A stretch of DNA of 64,000 bases from Bacteroidales bacterium (GTDB lineage Bacteria; Bacteroidota; Bacteroidia; Bacteroidales; UBA7960), in NCBI GenBank assembly GCA_003559735.1, contig PWKN01000260.1, positions 6,235 through 70,234 of the forward strand, written 5' to 3'. The first letter of the stretch is position 1, and every line of letters starts with the position of its first letter. A program made the translations under genes and the position numbers. The notes beneath the pieces were generated by a model, which made no database searches, was not told the origin of the DNA, and was given only the letters and a program-made list of their open reading frames with translations. Below are positions 19,867 through 29,595 of the stretch, piece after piece.

Positions 19867-20510
19867 TAACCTGTTTTCTCCATCAGCATCAGTCCGTCGC
19901 GGAAGGGGAGCAACAGGTTCCGCACCCCGGCATGGTCGCGGATGTATTCATTGAATGCAACAATACCCAGGGCTTCCTTGTCGTTCTTTTCGGGTTTATT
20001 CAATACCTTTCCGCTCCATAACACATTATCGGCCAATACAATGCCCCCTTTCTTTAACTTGCCGTATACCATGTCGAAATAGCGTACATAATTCTCTTTA
20101 TCGGCATCAAGGAACACAAGGTCAAATTCCTCATCAATTTCCGGCAGAATGGCCGCAGCTTCACCGATATGCTGTATAATCCTGTGTTCTAGTCCGGCAA
20201 GCCTGATGTAGTGTTTCGCAAACTCTTCGAGCTCCACGTTGTGATCAATGGTATGCAGCAGTCCGCCTGTCTGAAGTCCCTCAGCCAGGCAGATGGCTGA
20301 ATAGCCTGTATAGGTACCGATCTCAAGAATACGCGATGGTTTGACCATACGGCTTATAAATGACAACAAACTTCCCTGCAGGTGACCGGAAAGCATTCTT
20401 GGTCGCAGAACCTTTGCATGGGTGTCTCGGTTAAGCTTTTTGAGTACATCCGTTTCAGGGGTGGTGAATTGTGAGGCATAGGCCTCAATCTCTTTTGGCA
20501 ATAGATCCAT
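19866..20510 (-). CDS. Class I SAM-dependent O-methyltransferase (caffeoyl-CoA OMT / YrrM-like)
   Basis: SAM motif ILEIGTYTGYSAICLA and FDLVFLDADKENY. Confidence 0.8.
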   Translation of the reverse strand: MDLLPKEIEAYASQFTTPETDVLKKLNRDTHAKVLRPRMLSGHLQGSLLSFISRMVKPSRILEIGTYTGYSAICLAEGLQTGGLLHTIDHNVELEEFAKHYIRLAGLEHRIIQHIGEAAAILPEIDEEFDLVFLDADKENYVRYFDMVYGKLKKGGIVLADNVLWSGKVLNKPEKNDKEALGIVAFNEYIRDHAGVRNLLLPFRDGLMLMEKTG

Positions 20511-20515
20511 AAAAA

Positions 20516-21742
20516 CTAAGCGGGTTGAAAGGTAAGTATGCTCATCATTGAGGGGGCGAGGACTTCATTGGCAGCTTCCAGCAGGTCTGATGACGTAACC
20601 TTTTCGATACGCTGGTTTATCTCCTCAAGGGTTTCCGTCTGATCGAGGTGCAGGACCCGTTTTCCGATAAACAGCATTTCATTCAGGTGCGACTCATGGG
20701 CTATGTTCACCTGACCGCAGAATTGTTTTTTTGCACGTTTCAGCTGTACCGCTCCCAGTCTGACGTTTCGCAGCTGCTTCAATTCCTTATTGATCAGGAA
20801 CAGTGTTTTTTCCACCCATTCAGGGGCGGTACCGAAATAGATTCCCAGCATTCCACTGTCGGAATAGGGCTGATACATGCTTTCAATATGATAGCAAAAG
20901 CCATACTTTTCCCTTACTGTCATATTGAGCCTGGACGTCAGACCTGGTCCGCCGAGTATGTTGTTCAACAGCAACAAGGCAGTTTTGCGGCTGTGAGACA
21001 AACTGTATGCCTTGTTCCCGGTGATGCAATGTGCCTGGTGGTTTTTCCTGTTGACAGTTTGTATGCTGACCGTATAGCCGTTGTGTGCATGCCTCGGTGT
21101 TTGTCTGCCGGACTGGGGCACTGCGCCGAAATATTTTTCTGCCAAAGCGATAAGTTTCTTAAAATCAATTTTACCGACTGAGCAGATCACCATTTCTCCC
21201 GTTACATAGTTCCGGTCAATAAACTGGTTGATCATATCCCGGTTGAACCCTTTCAGATGTTTTGGAGTCCCCAGTATGTTTCTTGCCAGCGGATGGTCAC
21301 CGAAGATGACCTCATCAAAGTCGTCGACAATCTGTTCTGCCGGATTGTCTTTGTATGAGTTTATCTCTTCTTCAACAACATCTTTCTCTTTTTTCAGCTC
21401 CTTCTCCGGAAACGTTGAACGGAATGCAATATCGGCCACAATGTCGAACCATCGTTCGTAATATGAAGACATAAATGAGCCGTATATGCACGTCTCTTCT
21501 TTGGAGGTGTAGGCATTGATCTCTCCCCCCACGTTTTCCATATGGCTCAATATATGGAAAGCCCTTCTTTTTTGGGTCCCTTTAAAAATGACGTGTTCAA
21601 TGAAATGGGCAAGGCCCTGTTCTTCCCGGTCCTCATCGCGCGACCCCGCATTGATCAATAGTCCGCAATGCGCCACAGGAGATGAAGACAGGCGGTGTAT
21701 CAACCTTATCCCGTTTGACAATCTGTGTCGTTGGTATATCAT
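20516..21742 (-). CDS. M16 family (pitrilysin-like) zinc peptidase
   Basis: Inverted zinc motif HxxEH (HFIEHVIFKGT). About 410 aa. Confidence 0.8.
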   Translation of the reverse strand: MIYQRHRLSNGIRLIHRLSSSPVAHCGLLINAGSRDEDREEQGLAHFIEHVIFKGTQKRRAFHILSHMENVGGEINAYTSKEETCIYGSFMSSYYERWFDIVADIAFRSTFPEKELKKEKDVVEEEINSYKDNPAEQIVDDFDEVIFGDHPLARNILGTPKHLKGFNRDMINQFIDRNYVTGEMVICSVGKIDFKKLIALAEKYFGAVPQSGRQTPRHAHNGYTVSIQTVNRKNHQAHCITGNKAYSLSHSRKTALLLLNNILGGPGLTSRLNMTVREKYGFCYHIESMYQPYSDSGMLGIYFGTAPEWVEKTLFLINKELKQLRNVRLGAVQLKRAKKQFCGQVNIAHESHLNEMLFIGKRVLHLDQTETLEEINQRIEKVTSSDLLEAANEVLAPSMMSILTFQPA

Positions 21743-22305
21743 TTTTTCCTGGGTGAAAACTTCATTGGATAGTTAACGGGTACAATGCCTTTTGAGATGT
21801 TTGCCAGCTTTTTACGCAACAACGTTTTTTTCAGTGATGAAAAATGATCAACCATCAGGGTCCCTTCTGTATGGTCATATTCGTGCTGGATTATTCGTGC
21901 TGCCAATCCGGAAAAGTCCTCTTCAAACGATTGAAAGTGTTCATCCTGGTATTTCAGCCTGATCTCCGGCAAACGCAATATGTCTTCCCTCAATTCGGGA
22001 AAGCTGAGGCATCCTTCGTTGAACAGCCAGGCTTTGCCCGATTCTCTGATTATTCCGGCATTGATGAATACCTTTTTAAAACCCATCAGGGAGGGGTCTT
22101 CCTCAGCATAGGGCGTGGCATCGATGATAAAAAGACGGATGCTTTTCCCCACCTGCGGGGCTGCCAGTCCGACACCCGCAGCTTTATACATTGTTTCCCA
22201 CATATTGTCAATCAACTCTTGCAGGCCAGGATAGTCAGGTCCGATTGACCTCGCTTTGGTTTTTAATACCGGATCGCCATATGCTCGGATGGGCAGTACA
22301 CTCAT
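21739..22305 (-). CDS. def: Peptide deformylase
   Basis: Three motifs: GVGLAAPQVG, EGCLSFP, QHEYDHTEG. Confidence 0.9.
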   Translation of the reverse strand: MSVLPIRAYGDPVLKTKARSIGPDYPGLQELIDNMWETMYKAAGVGLAAPQVGKSIRLFIIDATPYAEEDPSLMGFKKVFINAGIIRESGKAWLFNEGCLSFPELREDILRLPEIRLKYQDEHFQSFEEDFSGLAARIIQHEYDHTEGTLMVDHFSSLKKTLLRKKLANISKGIVPVNYPMKFSPRKK

Positions 22306-22730
22306 TGTTCGTTTGTTGTTTGTCGTTTGTCAAGATAGGACTGAAGAATAATGGTGGCACTTATGGTATCGATGAGGGCTTTATTCTGCCGGGCCTTTTT
22401 TCTGAGTCCGGCATCTATCATTGTCTGAAAAGCCATCTGCGAAGTAAAACGCTCATCCATTCTATCAACGGGAATGTGCGGAAATTGTTTGCGTAAATTC
22501 TTTACAAATGGATCTATATATTTAGATGCTTCGGAAGCACGATGTTTCATGTCGAACGGCTCTCCCACCACGAACCGTTCCACGTTTTCGCTGGCACAAT
22601 AATTCTTCAGAAACGAGATTACATCCTTGACGTGCACGGTCGTCAGTCCGCCTGCGATCATTTGCAACTCATCCGTGACCGCCAGTCCCACTCTTTTTTT
22701 GCCGTAATCGATGGCCATAATCCTTCCCAT
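22302..22730 (-). CDS. ruvX: Holliday junction resolvase-like protein RuvX (YqgF)
   Basis: IMAIDYGKKRVGLAVTD N-terminal motif. Start chosen at MGRIMAIDYG; the ORF is open to 22760. Confidence 0.8.
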   Translation of the reverse strand: MGRIMAIDYGKKRVGLAVTDELQMIAGGLTTVHVKDVISFLKNYCASENVERFVVGEPFDMKHRASEASKYIDPFVKNLRKQFPHIPVDRMDERFTSQMAFQTMIDAGLRKKARQNKALIDTISATIILQSYLDKRQTTNEQ

Positions 22731-22805
22731 CAAGGTTTTTCTGCAAAGATAAGCATTCATTCATCAGAAAAGAAAAAGTGGAATTTTGCATGAAATAATT
22801 TTATG

Positions 22806-22813
22806 TACATTTG
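22806..22813 (+). promoter_or_regulatory. -7 promoter motif (TACATTTG) within a promoter-like module shared with 34485-34518
   Basis: TAnnTTTG match with TTTG 17 nt upstream, 29 nt before the ATG at 22842. This argues against the 22803 start. Confidence 0.4.
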
Positions 22814-22841
22814 TGTGATTTTACAGAGAATTAAGAGCGGT

Positions 22842-23648
22842 ATGAAAGAAATTATTGAAGCTGCCTGGGAGGACAGGACGAAGTTGGCCGACGGTTCGGT
22901 GAAAAGTGTTGTGGAGGAAGTCATTGCATTGCTCGACAAAGGCAAGCTGCGTGTTGCCGAATACGCTGGGGGGACCTGGATGGTGAACGACTGGGTAAAG
23001 AAAGCAGTGATCTTATATTTTCCCCTTCGTAAGATGGAAACCATTGACGTGGGGCCTTTTGAGTTTCACGATAAGATCCCCTTAAAACATGGTTACAAAA
23101 AGCTGGGTGTACGCGTTGTTCCCCATGCAATAGCCCGTTATGGGGCATTCCTGGCATCTGATGTGGTGATGATGCCCTCTTATGTGAACATTGGTGCCTA
23201 TGTGGACTCCGGGACCATGGTGGATACCTGGGCTACGGTAGGCAGTTGTGCGCAGATCGGCAAGGGGGTCCATCTGAGCGGCGGCGTGGGCGTGGGTGGC
23301 GTGCTGGAACCCGTGCAGGCGGCACCGGTCATTATTGAAGACCATGCCTTTATTGGTTCACGGTGCATCGTTGTTGAAGGGGTAAGAATAGAGAAAGAAG
23401 CTGTTTTGGGTGCCAATGTGGTGCTGACGGCCTCTACCAGGGTGATTGATGTGAGCGGGGACCAACCGGTTGAATACCAGGGACGGGTTCCGGAAAGATC
23501 GGTGGTCATTCCCGGCACCATGAAGAAAGATTTCCCGGCAGGGACCTATAATGTCCCCTGCGCCCTGATTATAGGAAAAAGGAAAGAGAGCACCGACAGA
23601 AAGACAAGTCTGAATGAAGCCTTGCGGCAGCACCAGGTTGCGGTCTGA
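22842..23648 (+). CDS. dapD: 2,3,4,5-tetrahydropyridine-2,6-dicarboxylate N-succinyltransferase
   Basis: N-terminus MKEIIEAAWEDR. Hexapeptide-repeat core (GAYVDSGTMVDTWATVGSCAQIGKGVHLSGGVGVGG). Confidence 0.85.
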   Translation: MKEIIEAAWEDRTKLADGSVKSVVEEVIALLDKGKLRVAEYAGGTWMVNDWVKKAVILYFPLRKMETIDVGPFEFHDKIPLKHGYKKLGVRVVPHAIARYGAFLASDVVMMPSYVNIGAYVDSGTMVDTWATVGSCAQIGKGVHLSGGVGVGGVLEPVQAAPVIIEDHAFIGSRCIVVEGVRIEKEAVLGANVVLTASTRVIDVSGDQPVEYQGRVPERSVVIPGTMKKDFPAGTYNVPCALIIGKRKESTDRKTSLNEALRQHQVAV

Positions 23649-23738
23649 TGACACGTCGCCCCGATTCTGGCAAACGGCACAGGCGAACAGTTGCTGCCGT
23701 GATGTGCGCTGTTTTAACCGGGGTTAGTGGCTGACAGT

Positions 23739-23845
23739 CTGAATGAATACGGCATTGCAGAACGATTGCGGGCAGACCAGATGATTACGGCATTGCAGAA
23801 CGGTAGCGGACAGACCAGATGAATACAACATTGTACAACGATTGC
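23739..23845. repeat. About 38-bp imperfect tandem repeat x2.8 upstream of the GT2 gene
   Basis: cagatga[a/t]tacggcattgcagaacg[at/gt][t/a]gcgg[g]cagac units start near 23739, 23778 and 23816. Confidence 0.75.
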
Positions 23846-23868
23846 ATTAACATTATAACAGCCAGTTC

Positions 23869-24666
23869 ATGCCACCCATTTCAGGAGTGATCATAACCTA
23901 CAATGAAGAGCAGTACATTGGAGCGTGCATCCGGTCACTGCAGCAGGTAGCTGATGAAGTGGTGGTGGTTGACTCGTTTTCGACCGACAAAACCCCGGAA
24001 ATATGTCAGTCGTTGGGTGTACGCTTTATAAAAAAAGGGTTTTCCGGACACATTGAACAGAAGAATTTTGCCGTACAACAAGCATCATACGACCATATAT
24101 TGTCACTGGATGGAGACGAGATCCTGTCGGACGAGCTAACAAACTCTGTCCGGAAAGTGAAGGATAATTTCACACATGATGCATACAGCTTTAAACGGTT
24201 AAATAATTTTTGCGGGAAATGGATGTACGCCACCAATTTGTATCCCGACCGGAAGATCAGGTTGTGGGATCGCCGGAAAGGGCAATGGGGCGGCACCAAT
24301 CCACATGACAAGGTTCTAATGCAAAAAGGTGCCTCTGTCCAACGCCTGGATGGTAGTATTTTGCATTATATGTGCGATTCTCTGGAAGAATACCTTGACA
24401 CGATCAACCGGTATACCACGATCGCTGCAAGGGAAGCATGGATACAGGGCCATACCGGCTCAGCCTTCAAGGTTTTTTATAAGACGGTATGGCGCTTCAT
24501 TCGCAATTATTTTTTAAAAAAAGGGTTCATTGCCGGATATACTGGCTTTGTTGTCAGTTACTGTGATGCCTTTTCCTGTTTTATGAAATATGTAAAGCTG
24601 CGCAACATAACAAAAGCAAGTCATTTGGTAAACCGGGATGAACCTTCATCCCGAAAGGGTGAATGA
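23869..24666 (+). CDS. Glycosyltransferase family 2 protein
   Basis: SGVIITYNEEQYIGACIRSL...VVVDSFSTDKT and LDGDE motifs. Confidence 0.8.
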   Translation: MPPISGVIITYNEEQYIGACIRSLQQVADEVVVVDSFSTDKTPEICQSLGVRFIKKGFSGHIEQKNFAVQQASYDHILSLDGDEILSDELTNSVRKVKDNFTHDAYSFKRLNNFCGKWMYATNLYPDRKIRLWDRRKGQWGGTNPHDKVLMQKGASVQRLDGSILHYMCDSLEEYLDTINRYTTIAAREAWIQGHTGSAFKVFYKTVWRFIRNYFLKKGFIAGYTGFVVSYCDAFSCFMKYVKLRNITKASHLVNRDEPSSRKGE

Positions 24667-24920
24667 ATGACGGTTGCTGCCTTGTACTGCGAATTGCTGA
24701 TGTCGTGGATGCTTATTGGGGATGCCCCTGTCAGGACTATATACCGGGTCACAGGGATGCGGGAATGTATGCTCTGTTGCACAAGGGGCGGAGCAACTGC
24801 CATGCGGTTACTTTTGAAGGGCTTTGGCACAGGAATTGTTTTGCACTATGGGGGATTTGTGGATTAAAAAAGTGATTAATCAGTAAAACCAGTAAATACC
24901 ATTATCAGAGGTTGTTTTTT

Positions 24921-25490
24921 ATGTCAGTTAATAATGATATACAAGAGGTGCTCAATGTACTCCGCAGCGGAGGTACTATCCTGTATCCCACCGATACCAT
25001 CTGGGGTATCGGGTGCAATGCCACCAATCCGAAAGCGGTTGAAAAAATATATCGTATAAAAGAGCGTGTTTTTAAACAATCGCTTATCATCCTGGTAAAA
25101 GACCTTGACATGCTCCGTAACTATGTGGAGTCTGTTCCTGAAATTGCCATTGAGCTGATGATGAGTGTGCCCGAGCCGCTGACGATAATCTATCCGAACG
25201 CACGGAACCTGCCCCGGAATGTCTTGGCGGGGGATGGATCCATTGCGATACGAATCCCGAAGCATGATTTTTGCCAGGATCTTCTTGACGCTTTTGGCAA
25301 GCCGGTTACTTCAACCTCTGCCAACCTGAGTGGTGCACCCAATCCTTATTCCTTTGGGTCGATAGCGGAGCCGGTAAAGAATTCTGTTGATTATATAGTT
25401 TCAAACAAACACCAGTCATTTAACCGTCCGAAACCCTCTACCATAGTCAAAATCAATCAACATGGAGAGATTAGTGTCCTGAGAACCTGA
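24921..25490 (+). CDS. tsaC: L-threonylcarbamoyladenylate synthase (YrdC/TsaC family)
   Basis: LYPTDTIWGIGCNA and TSTSANLSGAP motifs. ATG at 24921 (the ORF track starts at a TTG at 24912). Confidence 0.75.
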   Translation: MSVNNDIQEVLNVLRSGGTILYPTDTIWGIGCNATNPKAVEKIYRIKERVFKQSLIILVKDLDMLRNYVESVPEIAIELMMSVPEPLTIIYPNARNLPRNVLAGDGSIAIRIPKHDFCQDLLDAFGKPVTSTSANLSGAPNPYSFGSIAEPVKNSVDYIVSNKHQSFNRPKPSTIVKINQHGEISVLRT

Positions 25491-25554
25491 TAATTTGGTA
25501 TACAGGTGCAATAAAAATGATAAATGGCAGCCGGCAAACGGTTAAAGAAGATGA

Positions 25555-26970
25555 ATGACGATGATTCCCCAATTAGATAACAGAATATTTGAAGCTGTAG
25601 CCAGTGCAGCTGCTGAGCTGAACAGGCCGGTGTATGTCATTGGTGGCTGGGTGCGCGATCTGTTGCTCGAGCGGCACTCAAAAGACATTGATATTGTCAT
25701 AGAGGGTAGCGGCATTGAGCTGGCCGCAAAGGTGGCAGAAAAGCTTGGCAGGAGGGGCCGGATGACCGTGTATAAAAACTTTGGAACCGCCATGCTCCGG
25801 CATCAAACGTGGCAGATAGAGTTTGTCGGAGCACGAAAAGAATCGTACCGTTCAGATTCAAGGAAGCCCCTTGTTGAAGACGGTAGCCTGTCGGACGATA
25901 TGCACCGGAGAGACTTTACAATCAATGCCATGGCCATCAGTTTGAATAAAAATGATTTTGGCCGGCTGCTCGATCCTTTTAACGGGAAAAGTGATCTGGA
26001 GAAAAAAGTGATACGCACACCCCTTGATCCGGATATCACCTTTTCTGACGACCCCTTAAGGATGATGCGTGCCATCCGGTTTGCATCCCAGCTGGACTTT
26101 TCTGTTGATCCTGAATGTTTCGGGGCAATCAAAAAGAACGCAGAGCGCATACGCATCGTATCCATGGAAAGGGTGATGGAGGAGTTTAACAAAATCATGC
26201 TGTGCCGGGTCCCCGGCTATGGAATAAAGATGCTCAGGGCCGCTGGTCTCCTTCGCCATTTCTTTCCCGAGCTGGACAATATGCATGGGGTAGAGGTAGT
26301 GAATGGCAAAGCACATAAGGACAATTTCTACCATACCGTGCAGGTGCTTGATAATCTCGCCCTTAACAGCAACGATCTGTGGCTGCGCTGGGCTGCCTTG
26401 TTGCACGACATCGCCAAGCCGCTTACCAAACGGTATGATGAAAAGAATGGATGGACGTTTTACGGACACGAGTTTACCGGTGCCAAAATGGTAAAAAGGA
26501 TATTCAGGCAGCTCAAGCTGCCCTTGAATGAAAAAATGAAGTATGTGGAAAAGATCGTTTTGTTGCACCTCAGACCGATTGCCTTGACAGAGCATGTTGT
26601 AACTGACTCTGCTGTGAGAAGGTTGCTGTTCGATGCGGGTGACGATATTGACGATCTGATGATGCTTTGCGAGGCAGATATCACATCAGGAAACAGGGAA
26701 AAGGTAAAAAAATACCTTGAGAACTTTCAGCTGGTGCGCAAAAAATTAAAGGATATTGAAGAGAAAGACAGGTTGCGTAACTGGCAACCCCCTGTATCAG
26801 GAGAGGACATCATGGATGCGTTTAAAATTCCACCCGGACGGGAGGTGGGATTGATCAAGACTGCCATCAGAGAAGCCGTACTGGACGGGAAGATCCCGAA
26901 TGAAAGGGAAGCAGCTTTGCAGTTGATGCGGGAAGAGGGAGAAAAACTCGGACTGAAGGGGAGTGGGTGA
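25555..26970 (+). CDS. CCA-adding tRNA nucleotidyltransferase / poly(A) polymerase family protein with HD domain
   Basis: [12 protein letters not shown]...KDIDIV nucleotidyltransferase head. [12 protein letters not shown] region LLHDIAKP. Confidence 0.75.
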   Translation: MTMIPQLDNRIFEAVASAAAELNRPVYVIGGWVRDLLLERHSKDIDIVIEGSGIELAAKVAEKLGRRGRMTVYKNFGTAMLRHQTWQIEFVGARKESYRSDSRKPLVEDGSLSDDMHRRDFTINAMAISLNKNDFGRLLDPFNGKSDLEKKVIRTPLDPDITFSDDPLRMMRAIRFASQLDFSVDPECFGAIKKNAERIRIVSMERVMEEFNKIMLCRVPGYGIKMLRAAGLLRHFFPELDNMHGVEVVNGKAHKDNFYHTVQVLDNLALNSNDLWLRWAALLHDIAKPLTKRYDEKNGWTFYGHEFTGAKMVKRIFRQLKLPLNEKMKYVEKIVLLHLRPIALTEHVVTDSAVRRLLFDAGDDIDDLMMLCEADITSGNREKVKKYLENFQLVRKKLKDIEEKDRLRNWQPPVSGEDIMDAFKIPPGREVGLIKTAIREAVLDGKIPNEREAALQLMREEGEKLGLKGSG

Positions 26971-27061
26971 CATAGAAGGTGGTATGTGGACATTATCCGG
27001 ACATGAACTGGTGAATGGACAGGACCTGGCTCAAATGAAAAAAATTTCTTTTACATTTGCA

Positions 27062-27069
27062 GTGATACA
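27062..27069 (+). promoter_or_regulatory. -7 promoter motif (TACATTTG)
   Basis: TAnnTTTG match 35 nt upstream of the ATG at 27104. Confidence 0.35.
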
Positions 27070-27103
27070 ATCCTGCTGCATGCAAAATCAATAACTTATC
27101 TAT

Positions 27104-27721
27104 ATGCTGATATATAAGTTTAAGACGAGTTTTGAAGATCAGGACGATTTTTTAAGGGAGATCGAGCTGCGCGCTGACCATACCTTTGAGGATTTTCATC
27201 AGGCCATCCTGGGTAACCTTGGTTTGGATCCGGGAATGCTGGCTTCCTTTTTTATTTGCGACCACCGGTTCCGGAAGCAGAAAGAGATCCAGCTGATCGA
27301 TATGGACCCGTCAGTCCCACCCGGAGAAGAACAGGAAGAAGCGTCTCCCGGAAATGACCGGGAAGTGTTGCTCATGCACGAATGTGTCCTTAAGGATCAT
27401 ATTGATGATCCGCATCAGCGGTTGTTGTTTGTATATGACTACCTGAACAGGTGGACCTTTTATATCGAACTGTTAAAGATCCGACCTGCTGCTGAAGGCC
27501 AGTCTTATCCGCGTTTCAGCAAGTCTGTCGGACCAGTTCCCCGTGAACTGGTTGCTACTCCCAAGCAGATCCCTGGTGTGGAGACTCCGATGGACTTTTC
27601 CTATGGTGATGGGGATGCCCCTCCCGAAGACCTTTCCGATATAGACCAGATTGAGGGTGTGGACGATTATTTTGAGACCGGTCGGGGTGAGAACAATGAC
27701 GACCTCGATAATGACAAATAA
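27104..27721 (+). CDS. Hypothetical protein, possibly MM3350-like (pRiA4b ORF-3 family) domain with acidic tail
   Basis: IYKFKTSFEDQDDFLREIELRADHTFEDFHQAILGNLGL...LLFVYDYLNRWTFYIELLKI resembles the MM3350-like pattern (Y.lkV.L...R.i.v....tl.dLH..iq...gw...YeYDfgd.W.h.i.le). From recall only. Confidence 0.4.
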   Translation: MLIYKFKTSFEDQDDFLREIELRADHTFEDFHQAILGNLGLDPGMLASFFICDHRFRKQKEIQLIDMDPSVPPGEEQEEASPGNDREVLLMHECVLKDHIDDPHQRLLFVYDYLNRWTFYIELLKIRPAAEGQSYPRFSKSVGPVPRELVATPKQIPGVETPMDFSYGDGDAPPEDLSDIDQIEGVDDYFETGRGENNDDLDNDK

Positions 27722-28628
27722 AACCCTTGTAGTCATTGCCGGACCGACAGCTGTCGGAAAAACAACGCTGGGTATTACAATTGCTGAAAAATTTAAAACC
27801 GGAATTGTATCGGCCGATGCACGCCAGTTCTATCGCGGACTCCCCATTGGGACGGCTGCACCTTCAAAGCAGGAACTGGATAGAGTACCCCACCATCTTG
27901 TTGGTCATCTCAGTGTACATGACTATTATAATGTGGCTATGTATGAAAAAGAGGCGCTGGGAATTATTAACAGGCTGTTCCTGACATCCGATCATGTGGT
28001 AGTTGTGGGGGGATCCGGACTGTATATTGATACGTTGTGCAGGGGGATAGACCTTCTGCCTGATCCCGATCCGCTTGTAAGGAAACAGGTACAACAGGTA
28101 TATGATCAGCAGGGCATCAGGGGATTGAGGCAGTGGATCAGGAAGGTTGACCCGGAATTTGCTGGTGAGGTCGACCAGGCCAATCCCCAGCGAATGAAGC
28201 GGGCACTGGAGGTTTTCCTGGTCACGGGCACCCCTTTTTCTTCTTTACGCAAACAACAGGCGAAAAAACGGCCATTCCGCATCAGGAAGCTAATACTGAA
28301 CAGGTCGCGCCAGGATCTGTTTGACCGGATAAACAAACGGACGCAACAAATGATCGAACGGGGACTGGTGGAGGAGGCGCTTGCCTTCTACCGGTACAGA
28401 CATCTGAATGCACTCAATACGGTGGGGTATAAGGAAGTGTTTTCCTGGTTGTCAAACACCTGGACACTGCATACGGCCATTGAAAAAATCAAAACCAATA
28501 CCAGGCGTTACGCCAAGAGGCAACTGACCTGGTTCAGGCGCTATGATGACGCTGCCTGGTTTCATCCGGATGAAACAGACCGGATCGAAAGATGGATCGC
28601 CGGAAATGATGCTGCGTCCATTTCCTGA
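27711..28628 (+). CDS. miaA: tRNA dimethylallyltransferase
   Basis: P-loop VIAGPTAVGKTT. RQFYRGLPIGTA. Start placed at MTNKTLVV (27711), giving an 11-nt overlap with the upstream stop. The ORF is open from 27651. Confidence 0.85.
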   Translation: MTNKTLVVIAGPTAVGKTTLGITIAEKFKTGIVSADARQFYRGLPIGTAAPSKQELDRVPHHLVGHLSVHDYYNVAMYEKEALGIINRLFLTSDHVVVVGGSGLYIDTLCRGIDLLPDPDPLVRKQVQQVYDQQGIRGLRQWIRKVDPEFAGEVDQANPQRMKRALEVFLVTGTPFSSLRKQQAKKRPFRIRKLILNRSRQDLFDRINKRTQQMIERGLVEEALAFYRYRHLNALNTVGYKEVFSWLSNTWTLHTAIEKIKTNTRRYAKRQLTWFRRYDDAAWFHPDETDRIERWIAGNDAASIS

Positions 28629-28732
28629 AAATAGGACAACCTGCCCGCGTGCCCTGTTTTAATCACCCCTTCTGTGGGTTCCCGGAAACGTCGATCAACC
28701 GCTCACTGCCAGTCGTCCGTCTGACTGCCGTC

Positions 28733-29578
28733 TTAATCATCGCTTCTGTGGTATCTCAGCAATCCCTGCATGGGTGATATTTCAAATGATCCTGTTTTTA
28801 CCCCGTGCATTTGGGCAATATGCCGGATCAGGTCGCTGAAATGATAGCCAACGGAGCCAATGCATCCAAGAGGTACTGTTTTGTAGCCGGTATAGCGGCT
28901 GACCTGTTCCTTGAAAAAGTCATCAAAACATGATTCCATAAGCTTGTGCACCCAGGGATGGCTGATGTGTTCTTTCAGAAAACGGGTAAACGAAGCCAGG
29001 AAGCGGTTGGGGTTCGCCTCCTTATAGACGCCGTTCAGGATCTGTTCCCTTGTGAGTCCCCAGGTCTCATCAAATGCCCTGATGATCTCCCTGGGCGGCC
29101 TGTCTTTCAGGTATTCGGTCATGAATATTTTTCCGATGACAGCACCGCTCCCCTCATCACCAAAAATATACCCTGCAGAAAAATTTCTTTCCCTGATCTG
29201 TTTTCCGTCGTAAAGGCAGGAGTTCGATCCGGTGCCAAGGATACAGGCTATCCCGGGTTTGTCCTGAAACAGGGCACGTGCCGCACCCATAATGTCGTGC
29301 TCAATCCCAGTTTGTGCTCCGGGAAAGGACTCCCGCAACGCATCATCGATCACCTTTTTCTTGTCCGGCGTAGAACAACCCGACCCATAAAAAAAGATGC
29401 TTTCGACGGTCTCATGAGCAATTACCGGGATAACGGACGTACTTACCACTTCAGCCACATCCCTTGTTGTAACAAAATAAGGGTTTAGTCCGGCGGTCAG
29501 TACCTTATGCAATACACGATTGTTTTTCACTACCGACCACTCGGTCTTTGTGCTGCCGCTGTCTGCTATAATGATCAT
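28733..29578 (-). CDS. BadF/BadG/BcrA/BcrD-type ATPase (N-acetylglucosamine kinase-like)
   Basis: IADSGSTKTEW phosphate-1 motif and ILGTGSNS. Confidence 0.65.
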   Translation of the reverse strand: MIIIADSGSTKTEWSVVKNNRVLHKVLTAGLNPYFVTTRDVAEVVSTSVIPVIAHETVESIFFYGSGCSTPDKKKVIDDALRESFPGAQTGIEHDIMGAARALFQDKPGIACILGTGSNSCLYDGKQIRERNFSAGYIFGDEGSGAVIGKIFMTEYLKDRPPREIIRAFDETWGLTREQILNGVYKEANPNRFLASFTRFLKEHISHPWVHKLMESCFDDFFKEQVSRYTGYKTVPLGCIGSVGYHFSDLIRHIAQMHGVKTGSFEISPMQGLLRYHRSDD

Positions 29579-29595
29579 ATTTCCTGTTCCTTTGC

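Noticed and set aside
19536-20021. Four overlapping ORFs (93-117 aa) on both strands across the tandem repeat
   Set aside because: They exist only because the GGAAG/CTTCC repeat lacks stop triplets. The peptides are repeat translations that run into the antisense of the flanking genes.
20648-21181. 177-aa plus-strand ORF
   Set aside because: It is antisense to the M16 peptidase gene.
26056-26595. 179-aa minus-strand ORF
   Set aside because: It is antisense to the CCA-adding enzyme gene.
28657-28755. Short duplication ttaatca[c/t]c[c/g]cttctgtgg about 70 bp downstream of the BadF-type ATPase stop
   Set aside because: It is only about a 22-nt imperfect match. That is too short to interpret beyond chance or a small 3'-end duplication.
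28946-29488. 180-aa plus-strand ORF
   Set aside because: It is antisense to the BadF-type ATPase gene.
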